The notes below the pieces were generated by a model. That model saw only the letters and a list, made by a program, of their open reading frames with translations. It did not search any database and was not told the DNA's origin. The position numbers and the translations under genes were made by a program. A stretch of 63,309 bases of DNA, filler included, from Folioceros fuciformis (lineage: Eukaryota), in assembly GCA_049999805.1 (NCBI GenBank). It is 5 parts of 4 records of this genome, joined end to end, with 100 filler letters (N's around TTAATTAATTAA, not from the genome) between each part and the next. Parts side by side here need not be neighbours in the genome. Positions count along the whole stretch, not along the records: positions 36,943 to 54,235 come from JBNGIO010006380.1; positions 54,336 to 59,168 come from JBNGIO010006393.1; positions 59,269 to 63,309 come from JBNGIO010006398.1; 2 more parts are not named here. One strand, written 5' to 3'. Positions 49,050 to 62,200 of the stretch are shown here, piece after piece. Position 1 is the first letter of the stretch. Each line of letters begins with the position of its first letter.

Positions 49050-52000
49050 GAGGGCGAGGTAGATGAGGCAAAGGAAAAAGAGCAATAGCTTAGGGGTTCT
49101 CAACCTGATAAAACCTATGAGGGAATGCCCTCTAATGGGCCTTTGGTAAGGCAGCATGGGGTACAAGGACCAACATCGCAATAGCCACCAGCAAACGGGT
49201 GGGTTGGCAATCATTGTCTTTAGAGGGGACTTTTTACCCTCACCCTTAGTTCCTTGCATTTCCTTGCATTTGCATCACATGAGCTGGAGCCTAGAGCAAA
49301 GTCCGGTGTCACTGTTGCAATGCACAAAAAGCACTAGAAGCAACAAATCTGTAGGTTATGCTTGTAGGAACCCTGTAGACTCGACTCTTAGCAATGCCAA
49401 CACATAGCCAAGAGTGGGAGTGTGGTCGCCGACCCCAATTCCCAATCCCATTGGGGCTCTAGACTCCCCCTCCAACCTCCCAAGGATAGCCTACTTGCAT
49501 TCTCAACAACGTTTTCTTCCACACTAGGGCCCTATCCCCATCCCCATCTGCATTTGCGGGGCACATACATATCTATTATCTATTGGTAAATATACCCCCA
49601 TATTCTCTATGTCATGGAGGAGTCCGGTGGCGAACCTGCCATGCATGAGAGGAGAGTGGGGCTGTGCTCAGCATGCTATCGTTGTTGCTGTTGCATCAAT
49701 TAGCATGAAAAGAGGAAAGATGAAAAACACATCAGCTATTGGAAAGCTTAAACATTGAAGCACTTAGGGTTTAGAGACCTCAATAGGTGGTTCGAGCAAA
49801 GAGGAGCAAAGCCACCACCATGACGTGGGCTGCTATGCTCTCTTGCCTACGGGCCACCTCACATCATTGTTGCCGATTCAAACACTTCCACCATCCCCAA
49901 TTGGTTGCCTCTACTATGGCTTTCATCATAGCTGGCCACATGCAACTCCCTGTTCTATTCCACTCGCTTGGTCGGGTGTGGGTGAAGCATTGATGCCTTT
50001 CTCCTTTGTTGACCTAATAGGCCCTGACTTGAGAAGTTGTGAGAGGCGACAAGTGGCGGGGGAGGACTACAACATGTGAGGATGAGGCCTAGGGTGGCTA
50101 TGGACGACTAGGGTTGGCCACGTGTGTAGAGAGCTTGTTGCCACTGGCTACCTATGTCTGGGGAGAGGGGGACATGCCCAAGGGGGTGTGTGTGGTTATG
50201 AGAGATAAACAAGAGGTACTCTCAAGCGCACATTGCACCATTGCCCAATGTGGACTGCCCGAATTGGGCCAAATCCTTTGTCTAGCCTTGTGACACACCA
50301 CCACACATGATGAACAAGTGGATGGTTGGAGCAGACCAAAATGGCCAAGCACAAGTGCTTAAGGCTATACCAACAATAGTGGTTGGTACAAAGGCAACTT
50401 TATATTCCTTGCTTACTACCTTGCTTCCCTCGCTCCACTCCCATCAATGTTTAGTTGCAAGCCTAGAACAAGTTGTGCACCGATGCGGCAGAGAGAAGAG
50501 CCACTATAATGCAACAAGCGCTATAGCAATAGCCATGGCGGCGGATCAATCAAACCCTACCTTATGCACTTGTTGTTTTACTTTATTCATTGTATTCATA
50601 TGAGAGTCTAGTGTAGTGTAGTGTAGCTTAGTGTAGGGGGGTGCATAGTGTGACAAAGATGGAGATCGAGCCAGAGTCACAACCCTAGGTTGGGTTGCGT
50701 AAGAAGGAGTCAGATCTAGGTCGACTCAACTTGACTCTCTTCCCCTTTTGCTTTCTACTCCACCACTCCTATGTGGCCTCTACCTTCCATCTCTCTTATT
50801 CACGTACCTCCAAAAGCATCAATTCTTGTGTCCACAACATTTCTCTTACATGTCTCCATTTCCACAAGAGCTAGAGTGTTGGACCACAACGCACGCAATG
50901 GGTACTGTTAATGATACCTATGTCAACAATTATGTGTGTCTTCAATAGGCCTTCTACTCATACATTTAGCTTATTGTTTGTGATCTGACCCTACCTAGTT
51001 GTCCAATTCTCATCTTTGTTGGTTGAAAGGTCTCTTCCAGCTAAGTTCATATGAATTCTTTTCTTCACAAAAAACTTCACGAAAAAAAGTTATGCATGTC
51101 TTTTTGTTGTGCAAGCGTGTGACATCACCGCCTACCCCACAAACAATGATGGGGACTGTGATGGTAATGGTGGTGGTTTAAAACCGATCTAATTTGGCCC
51201 CCTATCAACAAGAGGGTAGGAGGGTAAGTCAAAACCGTAGTCTCAAATTTCACGGGGGCCCATACTCTCCCTGCCTCGTCCTCCCTACACTTGGTACTGC
51301 TTCAAGTTCTAGAATCCCTACACTTTCTGTCTCTGCCCCCTTTCTCTATGCCATGATAAGCCTACTCCCATAGCTTGATTATGTGCCTCTGCCTAAGACT
51401 TTGTACTAGGCCAAGGCCAGGATAGGCCAAGTTGGTCAGCTTTTACGTGATAGCATACAAATCTAGTCCGATTGTGCTAATCTTGGGTTTTGCTAATACC
51501 GACCTCACTAGCCTTAGATGCCTTGCTATCGGTACTTGTTCAATGTCTCAATATTTTGTGGCGTACATAGAAGTGAGAGGAAACATAATACAAGGCAAGG
51601 CAAGGCGGGAGGTGCACATGTGTCGAATCTCTCGGTCACCCAGCTTAAATCTGGATGTAGATGCGAAACACCCTTCATATGATTGCATGGTACATCACCA
51701 CCATGTTGGGCCATAGCCTACTATGTGGTGCATAAGGCCCACATGCACATTGGACCACTATGGTCTGGCCATGCCCCCTCTCTATTCTAGTCTAGTACCA
51801 CAAGTTGTCATCCTGCATCCTTCCTATTCTATTTCAAAAACAACACCCAATCTTTGGTTGCCTCCCCTTCCCCTTTCTTCTTTAATGTGTCGCGTAAGTT
51901 GCATATATATCTATTGTACTTGTTTTTCTCGTCCCAACGGCAAGCTAGGCTCCTTTATAAAAGTAAACAACACCACAAATTCTGGCACCCCATTAATGAT

Positions 52001-54235
52001 ATACTATATTGGCGTACTCAAAAATTTGTGCATAATAAAGATGCCAACTAGCCTACCCTCGCCACCACCCGGCCCTTGCCTATCATTCTTTCTTTACTAT
52101 TAGTTATATAACAAGAATATTTGATCCATATCTTACGACATAGTATCTCATTCCATGCATATCGCATCAATATTTGCATATTGTGTTCATGTAGCTCGAG
52201 AAAGTAAAACACCTTCATATGTACTGTAGGAAATGTGGAGATGAAAAGACATGACACTAAACACAACCTTTGTGGTGTATGCATCCTACTACTTGTTTCT
52301 ACACTTGGACCTTAAGGGAGGTGGGGTTGTGGTGCCTATAGCTTGGTTTGGTCTTGATTTTCATCCAATGTGTTTGGTATCAATTAGTTCCCCGTTCTCA
52401 AAATGAGAGAGAGTTCCATGGGGATGTGGGAACATTTGTAGTTAATGATGTAGCAGGGGGGAAGTAAGGAAGCAAGCAAGCAAGCAAGCCATAGTTAATT
52501 GACTCCAGAGGAAGAGATTTCAAACTCAATGTTGCTATTGACTAGAAGGCTTGGTTTTGAGAAAGCGAAGTAGAGAGGAGTGCAAAGTGGAGGAGAGTGC
52601 TAATGAGATGAGACGAGATGACACAAGTAAGGTGAAGCCTTGTCGGTGTGGGGTGTCAAGTGCTCATTGGCAAAAGAAAACTTGCCACTATAAAGCCCAT
52701 GCTGCAAGCCATTGTTTGCGTGTGGTATGTGCATAGATTTGTAGTAGGCCCTGACTCTAGCTTGGGCCCCAACACCTGTTTCGTTATGAGATGAGTGAAG
52801 TTTATTCTCAATTCAAGGAAAGAAGAACCCTACAAGAAGAAAGGCAGGCTTAAACCCAAACAAAGGCCCAAACCCTAGCCCCGACTCAAGCCTGTGTTTT
52901 CTAGAAAAGTAGATGGGAGCTCCCTTCCACTTTGCAAGAACCCCTTGTTGCATGCCTCGAGGCATGCAAGGATTGCGCTTAGCGGCCATTTATTGGCATG
53001 TTGTGGCTTGTTTTCAATCGTGACTGTAGGCAATAAATGGGGTGAGTGAGATTATGATCATGCGTATAGGTCATGGGGTACATAGCATAATTGGCAGTAG
53101 GGCAAGACAAGGCATGGCAAGGCAAGCACATCGATGACTTGAGATCAAGCCCCCAACCATATGAAGCGAGGCCCTCTACAACCTACTACTAAGTCGCACT
53201 ATCATCATCACATGCCATCTGGCTCCCAATTTCCTACATGCATGCTATTAATGCCTAGCATAGAGACAATTAAAACCTAGAATTAAGCGTTTTTGATATC
53301 CACGTCCAACCCTATGGCCCATTGTGACCTAAATCGGCCCTTTCACCTCATTGCGCCCTATCCCTTTTATCAACTGCAATAGCCGCTACCTGACTCTACT
53401 CTCCTCCTTGCCCTACCCTTCCTTACCCCTATGGTCGCCCGTTATGGTAAAGATGGCTACCCTTACCCATTCTCGTCCACTTGCACGGGGCCTCCGCTAC
53501 CTTGCCTTCTCGACTTTCTTTTTTAGCTCAGCCATGAAGCAATTAATTAGCCATTGACCTAGGTTGGGCTGTTCGGCTTCCTGTGACATATGAACCCTTT
53601 TCCTCCATCATCCAATCTTATTTGGGCTAAGTTGCTCTCGATGAGCCCCTACCAAGATATCCCACTTCATGGGGTCGCTTTGATTGAATCCTCTTACATA
53701 CAACACATATGCATGTATTTACTACCTTTCCCCTAGAGTAGATCCCTTAAGAAGGAGTAGGCTAAGTACTTCACTACAAAGGTGTGCAGCTTGGCTTGAG
53801 CTCTAACTCCCAAGTGTAAGTGACAAAACAACACGTTCTGCCAATTTTAGATAGACCTTGGTAATACCGGAGCTGGAGTTGCTAACCCCCATACCAAGGC
53901 CTTGGTGGTGTTAAAGGAGCTATCACACACCTTAGCGAGGCATCTAACACAAGGCAAACTGAGCAATAAGCAAGGCATGGCAGTGGTAGCCCTATTCCAG
54001 CGCCCTCTGTTTTCCCCCTCTTTCTTAACTAATGCCAAGCATGGCCAGGGCAGGCTTGGCAGTTGGAGCCAAGTTTTTGAATTGCACTTCACCTCTTCAC
54101 CCACTGACAGAGGCTATTAGGGGGTGTCAAGCACAACTCCCTTCCCTGCCAACAACACACCCAACTATGGGTCACATGTGCAATTGCACTAGCATTCAAG
54201 ACACATGTGACCTACCTCCTACACATCCCTGCTTC
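49050..54235. mobile_element. Gene-free, CpG-poor decayed repeat/TE-like DNA, unclassified
   Basis: No ORF above 130 aa and no recognisable domains. CG is scarce and TG/CA abundant relative to the genic regions (judged by eye). Confidence 0.35.
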
Positions 54236-54746
54236 NNNNNNNNNNNNNNNNNNNNNNNNNNNNNNNNNNNNNNNNNNNNTTAATTAATTAANNNNNNNNN
54301 NNNNNNNNNNNNNNNNNNNNNNNNNNNNNNNNNNNAATGAGATGAACTCATGAACTAGAAACCATATGTTCAACCCTTTGTTGTTGAGAAATGAATGTTG
54401 TGTAAGTTCTACCCGCCCTTTCTTGATATGGGCTGCCTCTATGATAGCTAAACTAAGACTTCGGGTCCCAAGAGATATGCCGATCATTGCCTAGACCGCT
54501 CCACGCCCAAATTCAGAGTTAGCTTGCAATCTTTTCTCCTCGGTTCACTCATACACCTCAAGTTTCCTTTGCTCCATCACTCGCGTCCAAGTGCTTTGCT
54601 CCTCCTCAATGAGCTGCGTTTGTTACCCTCTCACCTAGACCATGGGATGCAATCGTCCAGACCTGCTCGTTCTTGAATGCATCGAGCTAGCCAGCCATGA
54701 GACATGCAACGCGATCTAAATCAAGGAACACGGATCTTGCTTGTAG

Positions 54747-54847
54747 GTACGGCCCAGACAGGCCCAAATACATGGGCCCGTTCTCCGGCGAGCCCCCGAG
54801 CTATCTGAAGGGAGAATACCCCGGCGACTACGGCTGCGACACGGCCG
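54747..54847 (+). pseudogene. Isolated Lhcb (LHCII chlorophyll a/b-binding) exon fragment
   Basis: [33 protein letters not shown] versus the LHCII consensus [33 protein letters not shown]. Preceded by an acceptor-like TGTAG. Confidence 0.88.
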
Positions 54848-55399
54848 ATAACTCGATAGAAGCAAGCGCGTTCGGAATCACATATTGTCCGAACAGAGAG
54901 CGCGTAGTTTAGCGAAATGCCTTTTGTACAGCATCGCTCCACAGTAATGTACACACTGTGAATGTGCCTTGCATATGAAGTTCTTTCAAACCGTGTGGAT
55001 ACTTTGTCCCACTGCCATCCATTGCATATCCCATCCCCGTGGGAAACTGAAGATATGTAATACCTTTTTGTCCACAAACTTTATAGGCATACTTTATTAA
55101 AGCTCGATATCATGTCAAAATGACATACCATCATATGCAAATGAACTATATATACTATATATGTGTGTTGTACATGATATTATTTTATCAATACAAGTAG
55201 ACGTTCTAGGTTATTTTGCAAGCTCACAATTAAGTTTATCATCTTGATGTCTTCTTGAGATTACATAGTGCATATAGATTGTGAACCTAGCTACTTGTGT
55301 TGTTACACGCTTCAAGAAAGGCAAAGGGCAAACACCTTTTGAGAGGATATTGCTTAGCTTCCCTACTAAGTGTATGAAATCGAGCTTCCTTGATCCAAA

Positions 55400-57019
55400 A
55401 TGGAGCGTAACCTTGGGGAAGACAAATTGGTGAGCGAAATTCTTAACCAAGCTAATGAAGTGATGTGGGATAAGACTTGCACAGATGCTAGTCATCAACA
55501 ACCATGCAACACAATCTGTGAACAAACCATTCGTGGCAAACCACATAGGATTGAAGTTAGCGAACGACAAAGGAGTGCAAGTCATGAAGAAGCTATAATA
55601 GCATGTAGACAACCATGGTCTATGGAACTTTATGCACAAATTAGAGATGATCAACCATGGATTGAAGCAAGTAAACAGCCATGGACAGCCTGTGCAAGGG
55701 AACAGCAATGGAATGTTGAACAACCATGGACAAGTGCAAGTGAACAGCCATGGAGTGATGGACAACCCTGGGCAGGTGCAAGTGAACTACCATGGCCGCT
55801 CATAATTGATGAAGATTCAAAATCTTCATCAGATGAACAACCTACAAATGGGCAACCATGGGCTGGTGCAAGTGAACTCCCATGGCCGCTCATAATTGAT
55901 GAAGAATCATAATCTTCATCAGATGAACAACCTACAAATGGGCAACCATGGGTTGATGCAAGTGAACTACCATGGCCGCTCATAATTGATGAAGAATCAG
56001 AATCTTCATCAGATGAACAACCTACAAATGGGCAACCATGGACTGGTGCAAGTGAACTACCATGGCCACTCACAATTGATGAAGAATCAGAACCTTCATC
56101 AGATGAGCAAGCTACAAATGGACAACCATGGTTCCAAAGCTATGAAGAAACCACTGTCAACCATGGTTTCAAATCTATGTCCATGCAATCTTATTGGGGA
56201 AATTTGCATGATGCAAAGCTGAAGGCATTATCAATGAGCAAGTGGCTGCTAGCCTACATCCATGGGGACGAGATCATGGCATTCCCACATTTTGGAAAGT
56301 GGGAAAATTGCAACAACAAGATTTCGAAGGATCTCATTGTACAGTCTTTCCTTGAATGGAAAGTCCCAATGAACAGCACAGAGATCTTAAAAGTGAAGAC
56401 CTTTTACAACATAGGCGAGAACACTTTTTGCATACTTGTGATTGACCCACTTACCGGGCAGAAATTGAAACAATGTGATGCAAGTGACATAATCTCGGAT
56501 GCATTGGTAGAGCAATGGTTGCCATTCACTTACAAAAGACCCAACACAAGAGATATCATGGAGGAAGCACTACCATTGGGGACCATATTTGAAGAGGGCG
56601 ACCAAGTGGTACAATGGGATCTTCCGTCTAGACTTATCATCAAGGATACACATTACAATGCTAGCTATCCTTGGTTTGAAACAACCAACCTTCCAGAGGA
56701 GCCAAAGGAATCGTGCACCCCATCAGGAGCAACTTGTCGAGTTGCATTTCGATTATTGGACGGTCAAGTAGTTCAACGTCGTTTTCTGTTGTCCGATCCT
56801 TCCTCTTATTTGTGGTTGTTTTGTTTGAAGCAACTGCAAGAGACTTGGTTGTTCCACAACTCCAATGAGGAGTTTTGGTTCACTGCACCAAGTAGACCTG
56901 GTGTTGCAACCAATTATACCTTGGATGCACTATCCTCAAAAACTATAGGAGAGACTGGTGTGGCAAATTGTGTGTTAACCATGGTATACAAAAAAGTCAA
57001 AATAATTACTGCAAAATAA
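55400..57019 (+). pseudogene. Divergent PUX7/UBXN7-like UAS-UBX protein with N-terminal QPW and 30-aa repeats; one in-frame TAA at 55910-55912
   Basis: ORFs 55400-55912 and 56177-57019 share a frame with no other stop. UAS-like GNLHDAKLKALSMSKWLL..ILVIDPLTGQKL and UBX CRVAFRLLDGQVVQRRFLLSDPSSYLWLFC..TIGETGVANC. Confidence 0.8.
55760..56130 (+). repeat. 90-bp coding tandem repeat x4 (GQPWAGASELPWPLIIDEESESSSDEQPTN)
   Basis: Near-identical units with a 90-nt period. Confidence 0.95.
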
Positions 57020-57793
57020 AAGCAAATTAAGCAAAGTGTTTCAACAAGGTATGCACTTTAGAGTTGCTCATTTTATAGAAGTGTAAATGTGTCAAGTATA
57101 AAAACACATTATCCAAATTTCTTAGAATGTCTCTCACTACTTTGGGAAGCAGTGTTTGTAGAGGCAACGAGTTATAATATCTTCCTTTCTCAAATTTGTA
57201 TTTTCCATATGCATCTCTTTGGCCAGCCTTTGGCCCTTTGGCCCTTTGGTGAAGAAAGCACTTTTTTTTGTGTTTAGAAAGAGGACTATCTGTGATTTTT
57301 GGCTGTTAGTAGAGGATAAGGAAATGCCTACCTCAATAAATAAAATTTTGGTTTAATTCAATTTTAAATAACTGCAAGGTACATTGCACGTGAATGCTAA
57401 AATTAGTGTCGCGAAGCAATATGGGGCAATGAAAACGAAACCGTGGATTCTCACACAGCATCAGGAGTCAGGACCTGGGCGGGTCCAATGTACCAAGTAA
57501 TGCTAGGTTCCCACGTAGCCCGAACCACCCTAAGCGATTTTTTTCCGGGGATTTTTTTCCCAGTTACGTGTGAACTATCCCATACCGGAACTCATGACCG
57601 AGAGTGGCCAAGTGCCTGAAACGGGTCATCACCGGTTCAGTACAACGGGCTGGCCTTGGCCTGTTCGCGATCAAACTCAAGTGTCCCTATGGACTTTGAC
57701 AAAGCTTAGCAAGTTTCATGCTCAACAAGCAGCTACGTTTTAGGTCGAAGCAAGCAGCTACGTTTTAGGTCGAAGCTCAGGGATTGACAATCT

Positions 57794-59168
57794 ATGGCCA
57801 ATGTGGAGCAAATGGTCGTCTACGACGTAGCCCTTGCCACACAAAGTGTAGTTTGAGACTTGTTTTATTTACTGAATTACTTTGAGGGGAGTAATGATGT
57901 TGCCATCACCGATTGCGGGCTATCTTTAAGATATGTGAGCATGGATGACCAAAGACTTCTAGATGATGCTCTTGATAACACTGTTCTTTCATGTCAACAA
58001 TTGGAGGCTGCTCTTGCAATTGCGGCCCGCACACGACAATTACCAAGGGGATTTCTAACGGGCATTCAATTATCAACGTACTATGTGAAACCCCGAGTAC
58101 AGGACATGTGGACTTTATACCTTCAAGTGGCACAAGAGGATCCAAAAAGGTTTGCCCGTTTCTATGGATTCCCATGGGCAACCTTTACGTACATTTGCAA
58201 TCTAGTTCATGACGCTGTTGACCCGACTCCAGTTCCTGGATTTGTGAACATCCTCGGGAGGATTATCTGTGTGCATAAACAAGTTCCCATTGCCTTAAGG
58301 AGACTGGCCACAGGTGATAGCTTTGTCTCTTTAGGTGACAGCTTCGGAGTGGGACAGTCAATTGCCTGCACAATTACTCACCGTTTTGTCAAAGCAATCA
58401 TATAGAAGGCTAGGCATCACCTTGCCTGGCCATCAACAGGTCAAATTGGAGGAAGTGAAGGCAGGATTCTTTGAACGACATGGCTTCATGGATTGTTGTG
58501 GTGCCATCGATGTGACCCATTTTCGGTTGGAACTGCCTGTAGGAGAAAACCAATGGGAGTATCGAGGAAGATACAAGGATCTCACAGTCGCAATGCAAGG
58601 TATCGTAGGCCCCAATAAGAAGTTCTTAGACGTAGTAACAGGCTGGCCAGGAGCTGCAAATGATACGAGAATTCTATACAACTCAGAGGTATATCACCAA
58701 GCCAATGCAGGTGCACGGCTGAATGGACCATCCATGCTCGTGGATAACGAGGAAGTGCGAGAGTATATCATCGGAGATGTTGGCTACCCTTTGCTTCCAT
58801 GGTTGATCATCCCCTTTCCTGGTCAAGGTTTGATGGCAGACAAAGAGTCTTTTGACTTCAAGCTATCCTCTTCTCGTATGGTCGTTGAGGACGCTTTCGG
58901 AGCACTGAAAAAGGTTTGGCGGATACTAGGTAGGAGGGTGTGGCGAGGCAACATCGACTACTTCAATGCGTTGACTTATGCATGTGTGCTACTGCACAAC
59001 ATTAGGATAGATCGTGGTGATGAGATAGATCCAAGAATATTGGCAGGCGAGGAGGACGACGAAGAAGATGGCATGCATCAAAACTTCATGGCAACTGGGC
59101 CCGAGAGTGCCGAAGGTCACTGGTTGAGAGACATCTTGATGCACATGTTATGGAGGAATGAGATGAAC
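57794..59168 (+). mobile_element. PIF/Harbinger-type DDE transposase (HARBI1/ALP1-like), disrupted
   Basis: HTH region IALRRLATGDSFVSLGDSFGVGQS, then GAIDVTH, GWPGAANDTRIL, IIGDVGYPLLPWLIIPF, SRMVVEDAFGALK and ACVLLHN. In-frame TGA at 57854 and a frameshift near 58400-58430. Truncated by the gap. Confidence 0.92.
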
Positions 59169-59268
59169 NNNNNNNNNNNNNNNNNNNNNNNNNNNNNNNN
59201 NNNNNNNNNNNNTTAATTAATTAANNNNNNNNNNNNNNNNNNNNNNNNNNNNNNNNNNNNNNNNNNNN

Positions 59269-62200
59269 GTCAGCTTCAGCCCTGTGGCTAGAGGAGTGGC
59301 ACATCCATTCGCATTGTCAAGACTGAATTTCTTCAAACAATCTCTGACGTACTTATACTGCGAAATAGAGAGCCTCCTTGCCTTCCTGTCTCTTGCTATC
59401 TCAATGCCGAGGCACCAGGTAAGTTCTCCTAACTCAGTCATTTCGAACTCTCTTTTAAGCAACAACTTCACCTTCTGCATCAAGCTACCCTTTCCAGTGG
59501 TTGCAGCAAGGATTAAATCATCTACATATAGCAGAAGAATCAGGAAATTCTTGCCCTCAGTCATCACATACAGCCCCGGGTCTGCATCACCTTGATTGAA
59601 GCCCATCTGCTTCAGATTAGTGTCTATCCGCTGGTTCCAGGCTCTAGGACTTTGTTTAAGTCCATACAAAGTTTTCTTTAGCTTGCACACTAATTGCTCT
59701 ATCCTTGGCTTTACATAACCCTCAAGTTGCTCCATATACAAGTCTTCTTCGAGGGTTCCATGTAAGAAAGCAGTTTTAACGTCCATCTGCTCTAAATCCA
59801 GGTCAAGATGTGCAGCTATGGCTAAAACCATCCGAAGGGTTGCGAATATGACAACTGGAGCAAAAGTGTCTGAGAAATCTATGCCAGGAATCTGTGAGAA
59901 CCCTCTCGCTACCAGTCTAGCCTTGTAGCGTTCAATGCTGCCATCAGCTTTCATCTTCCGGTGAAGACCCACTTGCACGAGATGGGTTTTCTGCCCTTAG
60001 GTAATTCCTCTAAGGTCCAAGTGCCATTCTTGATTACAGATGCGTACTCATCCTCTACAGCTTTCTTCCAATGTTTTGCCTCAGGTCCTGAATACGCTTG
60101 CTGCATAGAGACTGGTTCAGCAGAATCCGAGGTGGTTGCCTGCATGGCGTGAACAAACCATGTGGAAGGTGTTACTTCATCAGCTAGCTGTCCACCTTCG
60201 CTGTCCACCTCAGCAGATGCTGATGCCCCCACTGTGGGCACTTCCGAGGTAACTGCACCACCAACATCTGCCCTAGTTCCCTTTAACTTCTGGGCCCTGG
60301 ACACCTTTGCAGGCCTCCAGTCTTCCATTTCAAGGGGAGGCTCCTTCCAAGGCCTGTTCCTCTCACGCAAATTATATCTACCCCGCTCTTGTGAAACAGG
60401 TACATGAGCTCTGGGTGCCTGCGCTATGTGCTCTGCTGCATCCAGTCCTTCTACATATGTATCAGCTAATACATCATCATCCTCAACCGTAGCATCAATG
60501 TCATAGCCAGCATCTTCCTGGCCAGACTAATCAAAGTGTGACAACATCAAGCTGGTCTACGTCAGCATGGCTCAGCATGGGTGCCCCTCCGTCTGTATCA
60601 TCCTCGTCAGGCTCCTCTACTGGCTCAGATAAGTCAATCTCACTTCTATCTAGCTCCACACGAGCAGTAGGAGGATGCATCACATACTGTTCATCGAAAA
60701 TCACACTTCGTGCATGACTGACAATGCATGTCACAGGGTCATACAGCTTGTACGCTTTTATGCCATCAGTATAGCCTACAAAGACTAACTTATTTGCCCT
60801 GTCATGCAGCTTCGATGTTCTCTTCGGCTTGGGAACAAACGCATATGTGGGAGCACCGAAAATGCAGAGATGTCGGACTGTTGGTTTTCGTCCCCACCAG
60901 GCCTCAAATGGCGTCTGGCCAGGTAACACACGAGTAGGCAACTGGTTGAGCAGATAATTTGCAGTGTTCATGGCCTCAACCCAGTATCGTCTAGCTTGCT
61001 TCAGCAGGGCCCGAGCAGTTTCTTGCAAAAGTTGATTTTTCTTTTCTGCTACACCATTGAGCTGGGCTGTGTAGGGAACTGTGAGCTGCCTCGTGATGCC
61101 AAGATCCCGAAAAAATGCTTTAAACTCTCCTGAGATGTACTCCCCACCATTGTCAGATCGGAGGCATCGCAGATTGTGGCCAGTTTGGCGCCCACCCATG
61201 TGCAGGAAATCTTTGAAGTGCTGCAGAGTTTCACTCTTGTGCTTCAAAATATACAGGGTACAGTATCGAGTGAAATCATCGATAAACGTTAGGAAGTATG
61301 CCCCACCACCAATAGAGGGCACTGAGATGGGGCCACAGAGATCCGAATGCACTAGTTCCAGGGGTGTGGAGGCACGATGAGCACCAGTCTTGTCAAAAAT
61401 AGCCTCATGATGTTTCCCATAGATGCAGGACTCACACAACGGTAAGGCCCCCACTTGACCAGGTATCCCGTCAGTATACAAGGAACTGGCCGCCATTGCT
61501 GACAATTTTCTACCATTGGGATGTCCACAGCGCAAATGCCACAACATAGCTATCTCACCAGATGTGAGGTTGGCAAGAATACCAACAATATTCAGCATCG
61601 GCAAATTACTGCCTTCAAGACTCAGCTAGTAAATATCATTCACAGGAAAACCTTCTGCAAGGACGGCATCTGAATGCATACTATCCACAATGAGGCACTT
61701 GTCTCCCTTGAATAATACATTCAGAGTAGCGTCTGCAGTCAGCTTCCTGACAGAGAGTAGATTTTTGGTAACTGCAGGAACATGGAGAACGTCGTGCAGC
61801 ACAAGAGTCTTGCCATGATGCAAATGCAGAGTAACTGTACCCATCCCAACTATGGGTAAGGAGCTCTCATCACCCAGAAGAACAGACTGCACTTCCTTGT
61901 ACTTCTCATACTCACTGAATGAGGTCCTACTGTGAGAGATGTGCGCGGATGCTCCAGAGTCAACAAACCACGCTGCAGTATGGGTCCCAGCCGTGGTCAA
62001 ACAAATTGTAAGTATGACCAGTGGGTTCTTCTTCTTGACAGCTTGTGCAGTGTGCACCTCCGGGGAGCCTGCACCCTCTTTCTTGGGCTCACCAGCTTTC
62101 TTTTTCTGGCAATCACGAGCCCAATGACCTGGTATGCCACACCAATGGCAATTTCCAGCTTTCTTTTTACTTCCTGAGGCTTGTCCAGCAGTATTAGAAC

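Noticed and set aside
61626-61628. Programmed stop read-through in the copia element
   Set aside because: The stop lies after the protease rather than at the gag-pol junction, and the element has other lesions. A CAG>TAG mutation is simpler.
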